Shown here: one piece after another, positions 18,628 to 26,197 of the stretch
How the letters are laid out: every line of letters starts with the position of its first letter
How positions within the stretch are numbered: the stretch's first letter is position 1
Virus record (IMG/VR): IMGVR_UViG_640427134_000001
Location: 1-29,659 of that record
Direction: 5' to 3' (one strand)
Length of the DNA stretch: 29,659 bases
Source: a virus
Position numbers and translations under genes: made by a program
Notes under the pieces: model-generated
Databases searched by the model: none
What the model was told of the DNA's origin: nothing
Seen by the model: only the letters and a program-made list of their open reading frames with translations

Positions 18628-19248
18628 TTAACCAAATGTAGTGGTGCCACCAATGGTAGAAACTGGTTTATAGCCACCAAATGCGTTTAATGCGTTGGTC
18701 AATAGGCCGGCAAGTTTGTCAGCAGTACCGGCGCCAATATCACCAGTTTGGCCAAAGTAGTTATAACGGCAAGTTACTTGAACCTGTAAGATCTGGCTGC
18801 GGCTTGCTGAATCAATCTCACCACCACCATCAGGGAAGGTGATCGCACAGTCTTTAAGCAAGTATTCAGTCTTACCTTTAATCTCATTACCATCGGTAGC
18901 GAACCCATCATAAACACGCACCAGTGGGATCTCGCCATTGTGTTTAATAACGATATCTTCTGCAAACTTAGCGATGGTGCCTGATTCAGTTTCAATCATG
19001 GTCCACTGGCCTTCAAAGTTTGTTTTAGGCGGTGCGGTAACGTGGGCCTGGAAGCCGTAAGCATAATCTGCGTCGGCTGGCTCGTGGTTGGTTATCATTG
19101 GGCGCTGGAAGTTTTGAATAAGGATATAAAGGTTTTCGTAACCTTCTGGCTTACAAATTGCGTTACAAGCAAGCATAGCTGAGCCCAAAGACTTGGCCAG
19201 CTCGTGCATTTGAGAATAGGCTTGCAAGGTAGGTGAAGAACTTTTCAT
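18628..19248 (-). CDS. Tail tube protein (P1 BplB-like)
   Basis: GYENLYILIQNFQRP...IETESG.I..F...LKDCAI...RYNYF resembles recalled P1 BplB. ATG 19248 (AGGG RBS) is preferred over TTG 19266. Confidence 0.7.
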   Translation of the reverse strand: MKSSSPTLQAYSQMHELAKSLGSAMLACNAICKPEGYENLYILIQNFQRPMITNHEPADADYAYGFQAHVTAPPKTNFEGQWTMIETESGTIAKFAEDIVIKHNGEIPLVRVYDGFATDGNEIKGKTEYLLKDCAITFPDGGGEIDSASRSQILQVQVTCRYNYFGQTGDIGAGTADKLAGLLTNALNAFGGYKPVSTIGGTTTFG

Positions 19249-19250
19249 AG

Positions 19251-19323
19251 AAATAACCCTAATCAATAATAAGTGATAGGGATATTTTGGGGTATAAAGG
19301 TATTGAGCTTTTAGGGGTGTTCC
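19251..19323 (-). promoter_or_regulatory. Putative late promoter copy 3 with imperfect RBS-masking hairpin (tube-portal operon)
   Basis: GGAACACCCC (19323-19314), 24 nt, CAAAAT (19289-19284), A at 19277; imperfect IR at 19251-19265/19274-19287. Confidence 0.75.
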
Positions 19324-19368
19324 TGAAAATTTTTTAGTGCCTCTGGTTCAAGAATCAAAACAATTTAA

Positions 19369-19377
19369 TGATATAAT
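19369..19377 (+). promoter_or_regulatory. Extended -10 sigma70 promoter of the DsbD_2 moron
   Basis: Perfect TG-A-TATAAT about 100 nt upstream of the TTG start. Confidence 0.6.
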
Positions 19378-19480
19378 CCTTGATTTCTTCCTCCTCACTT
19401 TAGAATACGATATCGATACTAATACTGTGAGTGATTAAAAAATCAAATATTATGGGTCAAATTGACTACAAGGATTAAAA

Positions 19481-20305
19481 TTGACAACTCCTTTATTATT
19501 AGCAGCATTTGCTATGGGCTTTTTTGGTTCACCACATTGTTTGGGTATGTGTGGTGGCTTGGTTACCGCTTTTGGCCTATCTATGCAAGAAGTAAGCCCA
19601 CTAAAGAAAAGAGGGCTTATTGCTACTTATCACTTTGGTCGCCTGGTTAGTTACTCAATTCTAGGGGTTATTGCAGGTATTGTGGGCACCACGGTCTTAG
19701 CCCCACTATTAATGGGTAACTCAACCCCGCGTATTTTACTGGGTCTGGTATTGGTATTCATTGGCCTATCTATGCTGGGCATGCCTTTTTTAAATAAGCT
19801 TGAAAAAGTGGGCATGGGCGTTTGGAAAAAACTCTCCCCTTTACGTCAAAAAGTTTTCCCAATAACTACCTTCCCAAGGGCTTTAGCAGCGGGTTTATTA
19901 TGGGGCTTTTTACCTTGTGGCTTGGTCTATGGCGCTCTACTGATGGCCGTTGTCGGCAATAACATCGCAACTGGGGCTTTATTAATGTTTGTCTTTGGCT
20001 TAGGCACGGTTCCCATGTTGGTCGCTACCCAAGAGACTGTGGGCTGGCTACACAAACAAATTGGCCGCTATAAATTACGTCAATTAAATGGCGTCGTAAT
20101 GATTTTGTCAGGACTGGCAGTAATTGCCCTGCCTATAGCCATGCATAGCATGGGTGGACACGGCGATCACGGCTCGCATGGCGCACATCAAATGCATGAT
20201 GATTCAGCGATGATTTCTACTACGCACGACCACTCTCAAGATATGCACGGTTCTAATACTGAAGAGCATCATAACCATGATCACTCACATGCTAACCATC
20301 AGTAA
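19481..20305 (+). CDS. DsbD_2 / TauE-SafE-like metal-handling membrane protein with His-rich tail (moron)
   Basis: GSPHCLGMCGG, YHFGRLVSY, LWGFLPCGLVY and FGLGTVP motifs, 6-7 TM helices, His-rich C-terminus; AGGA RBS at 19471-19474. Confidence 0.9.
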   Translation: MTTPLLLAAFAMGFFGSPHCLGMCGGLVTAFGLSMQEVSPLKKRGLIATYHFGRLVSYSILGVIAGIVGTTVLAPLLMGNSTPRILLGLVLVFIGLSMLGMPFLNKLEKVGMGVWKKLSPLRQKVFPITTFPRALAAGLLWGFLPCGLVYGALLMAVVGNNIATGALLMFVFGLGTVPMLVATQETVGWLHKQIGRYKLRQLNGVVMILSGLAVIALPIAMHSMGGHGDHGSHGAHQMHDDSAMISTTHDHSQDMHGSNTEEHHNHDHSHANHQ

Positions 20306-20316
20306 TTGAAAACGCA

Positions 20317-20952
20317 TTAATATGGAGATAGATAAGCCACATGATAGCGATAGCCGCCAGCAGCAACAGCAACATCAACCTGGCTGAAATCAACAGAGAC
20401 AGCAATTTCAGGTACGATATTCCAGGGAACCAGCTTTTCTAAGACGGGGGCAATATCTGAAATATCACTATTGTTATCATTAAGCGTTAATGCAATACGC
20501 ACACGGCTAGTTAAAAACGAGCCTGGCATTTGCTTTTCGCTTACTGCTACTGGGTAAGCATTTGCCAGCTCTTTTGAGTGCCAAAGCCTCAATACCCTGT
20601 TATTTCCAGGAAACAGCATGTTTAGTACGAACTGCAAAAAGTCTAGGCCACGGCCGCTGGCCATACCCTGCCAGGCAGATAAGATCATAGCCATAATATC
20701 AGTTGATAGCCCTTCTGTATCTTGTCTCAAGATCACCAGTCCGTTAAGCTTACTAAATCGCTCAATAACAACTGGGCTGCTTTCAAGCCATGGCGCACCA
20801 TAGCTATTCATATCAACCAAGCCTTCAAGCTCGTATTCCTCAATCAGCTTAGTAAAAACACCTGCAATGGCTTCATCAAGCTCGTTTGCCTTATGGCTCT
20901 CTTGTACCGTTCTAGTAAAGTCGGCAGCCTGTAATTTGCTTGTTCTACCCAT
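20317..20952 (-). CDS. Baseplate wedge protein (P1 gp16-like)
   Basis: Immediately downstream of the BplA-like gene; contains RGLDFLQFVL...LWHS...YP...FLTSRVRI. Confidence 0.6.
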   Translation of the reverse strand: MGRTSKLQAADFTRTVQESHKANELDEAIAGVFTKLIEEYELEGLVDMNSYGAPWLESSPVVIERFSKLNGLVILRQDTEGLSTDIMAMILSAWQGMASGRGLDFLQFVLNMLFPGNNRVLRLWHSKELANAYPVAVSEKQMPGSFLTSRVRIALTLNDNNSDISDIAPVLEKLVPWNIVPEIAVSVDFSQVDVAVAAGGYRYHVAYLSPY

Positions 20953-20953
20953 T

Positions 20954-22426
20954 TTACAAAGTCCAAATAGCTGTGCCAGTGTCGGCCGTTCTTGTCATGT
21001 CGATAGTAATGCTATCCTCTGTGATATAAGCCCATTCATGCGGTTTAATGGGGTTTTTAGCAGTATCTTCTGTTAAAACTGAAAAGTCACTAATACGGTC
21101 CTGGAAGGCTGTAATATCACTTCTAATCTTAATGGCAATTTCTTGTTTATTAAAACCGTCTGGGCTGTGGTAGCTTGATGATAGCGAGCCTTTACCAAAG
21201 TTTTCTAGCAGCAACTCTTTGATTTGAGTCTTTACTGAATCCATATCATGCACCGAGGCCAAACGGCCAGCAATGGTAATCTTATAAGGTCTTTCTTTAA
21301 CCTCTTTGATATTAACCTTACCATCTAGCAGCGTATCAGCATTGGCTACCAGCTTCTTAATATCTTCTACCAGCGCCTTTTGCTCAATCTTGTTTTTAGC
21401 TACCACGGTTAAAAATAGATGGTTGATTGCGTCCAATGAGGCCCCGTAGTGCTTCTCATTGATCGTCTCATTCCAAATGGCCATGTAGTCAAAACGCTGC
21501 ATAAAGTGCTTGCGTACTAAAAAGTCAAAGTTACCCATGAAAACGGCGTTATGGTCATACATTGAAGGGTAGCTGGCAAGTAGTCGCATTTGAGCCACGC
21601 TTAACGGATCTGCGCCGGCTCGAACAAGATCACCGGCTTTGAAATATAGGTTTAACTTGCTTTCCTCTGACTCGTAAATCTCACTCAAGGCCGCGCTGCT
21701 TAGGCTTGATTGGTCAACATACCCATAGCTTTGAGTGATTGCGATCTCGTAGGTATCACCGGCTTGTACTGTCACGCCGGCACGTTCGGAGTCGCCAAAA
21801 ACAATTGTTATATCTTCAAGGTTATGGCTTTGTAGTGTATAAGCCGCCTGGCCCAAACCGGCGTTCATAAACTTGGGCGTGTACTGAAAATTCATACCCA
21901 AAGTTGCGTTATAAACTGACAAACTCGATAGATAGGCGCCGTCGGTTGTTGATACGTCTAGGCGATAAAAAGACTCACTAACAGGTATGTTAACCTCAAT
22001 ATGATTAACAGTGCTTTGCTCTGCTAGAACCTTTTTGGTTTCATGGCCGTTTAGCGTTGCTGATGACATAAGACGCCATTGTCTGCCCGTACCGTCCTCA
22101 ACTAAACGGCCCTGGCTCAAACTAACCTTGCTATTCCCATTGTTCTCAATAGTTAGCATGTACTGGCAAGGCGTGGCAACTGGCAATATACCCTTGTTGA
22201 TAGCATCTGCAATGATCGTGCTTTGCTTAGACTTGATAAACGGCTCTGTAATGTTTACCTGGTTATCACGCGATAGCCATAAGACAGTTTCCACTACCGA
22301 AGTCATCATAGCTCTTACTGTGGGATCGCCAGCTCGCCAGCGTTCTGCAACTTCTGGATAGTCGTTTAAATGACTGTCTATACTTGATAGTATCTTTTTT
22401 CTTAGCTGGTTACTGGGCACTGACAT
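20954..22426 (-). CDS. Baseplate J-like wedge protein (P1 BplA-like)
   Basis: About 490 aa with EPF...STI.A.A..KG, IVFGD...G and GADPLS...R motifs. ATG 22426 has AGGA 8 nt upstream, preferred over TTG 22444. Confidence 0.72.
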   Translation of the reverse strand: MSVPSNQLRKKILSSIDSHLNDYPEVAERWRAGDPTVRAMMTSVVETVLWLSRDNQVNITEPFIKSKQSTIIADAINKGILPVATPCQYMLTIENNGNSKVSLSQGRLVEDGTGRQWRLMSSATLNGHETKKVLAEQSTVNHIEVNIPVSESFYRLDVSTTDGAYLSSLSVYNATLGMNFQYTPKFMNAGLGQAAYTLQSHNLEDITIVFGDSERAGVTVQAGDTYEIAITQSYGYVDQSSLSSAALSEIYESEESKLNLYFKAGDLVRAGADPLSVAQMRLLASYPSMYDHNAVFMGNFDFLVRKHFMQRFDYMAIWNETINEKHYGASLDAINHLFLTVVAKNKIEQKALVEDIKKLVANADTLLDGKVNIKEVKERPYKITIAGRLASVHDMDSVKTQIKELLLENFGKGSLSSSYHSPDGFNKQEIAIKIRSDITAFQDRISDFSVLTEDTAKNPIKPHEWAYITEDSITIDMTRTADTGTAIWTL

Positions 22427-22739
22427 TATAGTAATCCTGATCAATATCGGTTATTGGGTTTTCATTTAGCTGAATATCAATACCGCCAATAGATAAGATG
22501 ACGTTAATCGTATCAAATCCCACTGTTTCAATGGATATGCTTAACTGATCTTCATCTAGTGTATTTATTATCGGTATATCGGCCCTAAGCTTGCTTAAAA
22601 ACTCGTCTGCTACATCGGCGGACAACTCTTTTAGCAGCATGGCCTTGGCATCTGCGCCATAGCCTTGAGCAAAATAACCGTTAGGTGGCGTGTCCAACCA
22701 ATGAATAATCATCTGTCTAATGTGTTCGGCGGTAATCAT
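22410..22739 (-). CDS. Baseplate wedge / sheath initiator (GPW/gp25 fold, P1 gp26-like)
   Basis: HWLDTPPNGY..QGYG...L...L...FLSKLRADIP; directly upstream of the J-like gene. Confidence 0.7.
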   Translation of the reverse strand: MITAEHIRQMIIHWLDTPPNGYFAQGYGADAKAMLLKELSADVADEFLSKLRADIPIINTLDEDQLSISIETVGFDTINVILSIGGIDIQLNENPITDIDQDYYNVSAQ

Positions 22740-23176
22740 TTGATACGCACCTCGGATAATGGGGTATTGGGGTCTGGTAGTCTTATCTTAGATCTTGTCT
22801 TTTTGGCCTGGGTTATAAGCTTAGACGCATCAACAAATCTTGAGTTCTTAATGCAAACTAACAGTATATCAAGCCATACAAAAAACGATCCTAGAATGGC
22901 CATAATAATAAGCAAGCCAGCGCCGCCAATACCCCATGACTGCGATATAACCATCACGGCATAAAAACGCCATAGCAAGAACATAAGCAATATTAAAAGT
23001 GGCACGCTTAGTAATAGCGATTGACGCAAGGTTTGACCGATAGCCACGGCCAATGTATTGCTATCAATAACTTTGTTGAGTAGCTTTAATCTGCTAATGA
23101 TATCTACATACAAGTAAAACATCATAATCATTAACATACCGCTTAAAAAAAAGTCCACTATATAGGCGTTTTGCAT
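22736..23176 (-). CDS. Three-TM membrane protein, function unknown
   Basis: Three hydrophobic segments and a basic tail; AGG RBS; ATGA-coupled to the next gene. Confidence 0.65.
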   Translation of the reverse strand: MQNAYIVDFFLSGMLMIMMFYLYVDIISRLKLLNKVIDSNTLAVAIGQTLRQSLLLSVPLLILLMFLLWRFYAVMVISQSWGIGGAGLLIIMAILGSFFVWLDILLVCIKNSRFVDASKLITQAKKTRSKIRLPDPNTPLSEVRIK

Positions 23177-23185
23177 ATCACTACC

Positions 23186-23725
23186 TTATGCTGCGTTTTG
23201 CTGTTTTACTTTCTCTAATTGAGCCTCAAGATCTTGTTTTTCTTTGGTCTTAACTGTAATTACTTTATCCAGCTCTGCGGCCTCTTCCAACAGTGATTTT
23301 AACGTTTGAGCTTTGTTGGCTGGCGCTCTATTACGCTTAGTTCTTGTTACCTGGGCGCGGGCTCGCCGGGCACTAAATGCCTTTTGGCCCTGGCTAACAA
23401 GTTTTGCGATCTCGTCAACTGATGCGTTGAATGACGGCTTGTAAGAGTTATCAAAGTCACCGGTAGTTGGCTGTGTTTTGCTGTTAATATCAATACGGAA
23501 AATATCCAGCCCATCCGGCTGATCTGATTCAGGGGCTTCTCGAATATAAAGCTTTACAACCTGGCCGCCGTCTAAAGCGATATGAACAGGCCTGGCACTG
23601 GCACCAGATACCCTCGATACTCTTAAAACATCCACCACAACAACTTGCTGCCTAGCTGTTTTGGCCAAACGCTTAACAAAGTCGCTGACAAGCGATGTTT
23701 TTTCTGTGATTTCTGACAGTTTCAT
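23186..23725 (-). CDS. hdf: Hdf-like protein (DarA N-terminal-domain paralogue)
   Basis: R.SG...RPV...LDGGQVVKLYI...DIFRIDINSK..P plus a C-terminal coiled coil, as in recalled P1 Hdf. Confidence 0.7.
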   Translation of the reverse strand: MKLSEITEKTSLVSDFVKRLAKTARQQVVVVDVLRVSRVSGASARPVHIALDGGQVVKLYIREAPESDQPDGLDIFRIDINSKTQPTTGDFDNSYKPSFNASVDEIAKLVSQGQKAFSARRARAQVTRTKRNRAPANKAQTLKSLLEEAAELDKVITVKTKEKQDLEAQLEKVKQQNAA

Positions 23726-23730
23726 AAAAA

Positions 23731-23802
23731 AATAACCCCAAACAAATTAAATGATTGGGGTTATTATGACTTGCTGTTAGCTGTTATTAGTTGGGGTGTT
23801 CC
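23731..23802 (-). promoter_or_regulatory. Putative late promoter copy 2 with RBS-masking hairpin (hdf-baseplate operon)
   Basis: GGAACACCCC (23802-23793), 24 nt, CATAAT (23768-23763), A at 23756; perfect 11-bp IR at 23731-23741/23755-23765. Confidence 0.8.
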
Positions 23803-23808
23803 AACAAA

Positions 23809-24705
23809 TTACATGCCAACACTGCGGCGGTAGTGGCTTGCTTTTAGGCCGCGACGCATATTGCGTGCTTTTTGTGGGTCAATGTTATAGATATTGCGCT
23901 GTAAGCCTTTAGCAAATGACATCATACGCTTACGAACCGCTGAACCCGTGGTTGATTTTCTGCGAGCTTTTTTAAGGGCTGCTTTTTGGGCTGCACTCAA
24001 GCGAACCTTGCCAGCAATACGCTTGTTAACAACCTTGATTTTACCATCACGAACCGCTTTGACTGCTTTGTAAGTAACGTTTTTACCGCCTACTTTGCGG
24101 CGTATTTTACGGCCAACTGTTAAAGGTTTTTTGGCTGCGTCGTACATGCCTTCATCTTCTTCTTTCATCATTGCGTCATAAGTGGCTTCGTCACCGTATG
24201 CAAACACTGAAATAAAGTCGTCTAGCTCGTCATCGGCTGGCATGTTCTCTAAGATGATCTCTGATGCTGTTTCGATCGCCGCGTCTGCAATATCAACATC
24301 GCTATCAAACACATCATTAATCAAATCTTCATCAACGCCTAGAGTACTCATAGCGTCTGCGATATGGGCTGATAAGATTGTTTTTACAGTTGAGTCGATT
24401 TCGTCGTCGTCATCTTCTGGATCTTCAACAAATGACTCAAGGATTAGGCTATCCAATAACTCACTTGGTAGTAGCTCTTGGTCCTCAAAATCAACCTCTG
24501 ACATGATGCCAGCCAGCATGAAGGCTACTTGCAGTGCTGCTAAGCGCATTTGAGTGGTTGAGTGCGCGGCGATGCGCTCGTCGATCGGGTCAAAATCAAT
24601 AGATTCTGCCGCTTGTTTGGCGCTGTTAGTTGCGTCAAATTGCGCCTCTTGACGCTCTAACATGCGATCCTGGTTACGCTCGATAATATGGCTTGATACT
24701 AACAT
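23809..24705 (-). CDS. P1 gp21-like protein (acidic N-terminal part, very basic C-terminal part; possible prohead core protein)
   Basis: VRDGKIKVVNKRI...RLSAAQKAALKKARRK..TG matches the recalled P1 gp21 C-terminus; it follows the sheath gene as in P1. Confidence 0.7.
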   Translation of the reverse strand: MLVSSHIIERNQDRMLERQEAQFDATNSAKQAAESIDFDPIDERIAAHSTTQMRLAALQVAFMLAGIMSEVDFEDQELLPSELLDSLILESFVEDPEDDDDEIDSTVKTILSAHIADAMSTLGVDEDLINDVFDSDVDIADAAIETASEIILENMPADDELDDFISVFAYGDEATYDAMMKEEDEGMYDAAKKPLTVGRKIRRKVGGKNVTYKAVKAVRDGKIKVVNKRIAGKVRLSAAQKAALKKARRKSTTGSAVRKRMMSFAKGLQRNIYNIDPQKARNMRRGLKASHYRRSVGM

Positions 24706-24738
24706 TCTTTATTTCCTTTTACTGATCAATAAACTGCA

Positions 24739-26112
24739 TTACTTAGTGATTGTGGTTTCAAAGTAAACTTGTCGAGCACAACCTTCGGGGCGTTTAACAA
24801 GTCTAATATCAACTTTTTCAAACGGGTTATCTGCTCGTGGTGCCACTTCTAAGCCGTATAGCTTGCCTGATAGCTCTGCTACTGGCTGTAACAAGCCAGC
24901 TGAACTACAAGCGTTTAAGAAGCGGCGGATCTCTGCGTCTGCGTCATTGATGTAGCTAGTCATACCTTTAAGTAAGTGCTTTTTAGCAATGCTAACTACT
25001 GCGTTATCAACGTAAGTGGTAATTTCAGATGCGTTGATTAAGCGTAAAGCACTTGTTTTGCTATCGTATTGAGTAATAGCGTCACCATAAATCCAGCGAT
25101 CGCCTGCATCAAAGCGCTCATTCAATACCACGTTCACGCCAGCTGAAGCCAGTGCGTTTTGGGCCTCTTCATCAAGGCTAACGCTTGGCATGGTTTCCAT
25201 ATCACGGAAGCTAACAGGGAAGTCATAACCGGCAACAGGGCGGTTAACAGGTGGAATACCAGACGCATTGGTAAGGGCGTTACGAACAAGTAATTGGCCT
25301 AGGTAGTCACCGACACAAGGGCGCCATTTTTTGCGTGATAGTACGCTTGCGCTGTTTGAAGGGCGTGATACGTTCGGGTTCCAAAAAACCCAAAAACGGT
25401 GGTCTTTAATGTTGATAGATTCAGCAAGGGCCGCCGCTGCTACCCAGTCGTTGATCTTACCCAGATCCAGTAATACGTGACAGTTAAGCTTATCCATTAC
25501 CTTTGTTGTGGCTTCGATAACCGGCATGTCATCGGTTGAACAAACAACAATGTAACGTGGGCGTTCACGCATATCAATTAAAGTGCGTGTGATCTGCTCG
25601 GGTGTTGGCTCTACAACCTTGCTGGCTGGCACGTCAATGACAATTTCAGCCTTGCGGTATGTACCGTGGTCTTTTAGGGCCTTAACAGCTTTCAGCGCAT
25701 CTACAACCTGAGCCGCGTTATCTTTAGAATAGGTCGTTTCGACTTGTTCAAAGAAGTCATTGCTGCTATCTAATGCACCATGAAAATCAAGCTTTTGCGT
25801 GATGTATGAGAAGTCGTTTGGATAGTTGTTTTCAAGCTCGTCTGCACCGCCGCCAGTGTATAAACGGCCTTGCAGTGAAGTGATCATACTATCATCAACT
25901 TTATCAGCAAATGTAATGTCAAATAACAGGTTATTTAACGGGTCAGCTGCGTTAGTTGGTGTCTTATCATCAACTACTTGAATCTTGGCCACGACGTTGT
26001 GGTCAAAGCCGTATTCAGTAACAAGCTCGATAGTTGCTAATGCCTTACTTTCCTTGCTATTGGTAATAGTAACGGAAGTAGGCAGGATATTAATAAACAG
26101 TTGAGTTGCCAT
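24739..26112 (-). CDS. Contractile tail sheath protein (P1 gp22-like), apparently lacking the usual N-terminal domain
   Basis: PVAGYDFP, LASAGVNVV, IYGDAIT, SALRLIN and C-terminal VKRPEGCARQV sheath motifs. Confidence 0.8.
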   Translation of the reverse strand: MATQLFINILPTSVTITNSKESKALATIELVTEYGFDHNVVAKIQVVDDKTPTNAADPLNNLLFDITFADKVDDSMITSLQGRLYTGGGADELENNYPNDFSYITQKLDFHGALDSSNDFFEQVETTYSKDNAAQVVDALKAVKALKDHGTYRKAEIVIDVPASKVVEPTPEQITRTLIDMRERPRYIVVCSTDDMPVIEATTKVMDKLNCHVLLDLGKINDWVAAAALAESINIKDHRFWVFWNPNVSRPSNSASVLSRKKWRPCVGDYLGQLLVRNALTNASGIPPVNRPVAGYDFPVSFRDMETMPSVSLDEEAQNALASAGVNVVLNERFDAGDRWIYGDAITQYDSKTSALRLINASEITTYVDNAVVSIAKKHLLKGMTSYINDADAEIRRFLNACSSAGLLQPVAELSGKLYGLEVAPRADNPFEKVDIRLVKRPEGCARQVYFETTITK

Positions 26113-26117
26113 AAAAA

Positions 26118-26183
26118 ATGCCTATATTGGTGAATATAGGCATAGTATAGAGTTGGGCTAACAGTATTGTTTAGGGGTGTTCC
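26118..26183 (-). promoter_or_regulatory. Putative late promoter copy 1 with RBS-masking hairpin (sheath operon)
   Basis: GGAACACCCC (26183-26174), 24 nt, TATACT (26149-26144), A at 26137; perfect 11-bp IR at 26118-26128/26133-26143. Confidence 0.8.
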
Positions 26184-26197
26184 TAGTAATAAGGCCT

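Noticed and set aside
18771-18779. AAGTTACTT, identical to the P1 Lpa late-operator motif
   Set aside because: The one copy I noticed lies inside the tube coding sequence, and the motif is absent from all five intergenic promoters; likely chance.
7517-26112. Tailocin or extracellular contractile injection system
   Set aside because: Portal and DarA/DdrB/Hdf head proteins indicate a headed phage.
5891-26183. Reading GGAAC as an ECF/sigmaE -35 element
   Set aside because: No conserved ECF -10 at about 16 nt; the conserved element is a sigma70-like hexamer 24 nt after the box.
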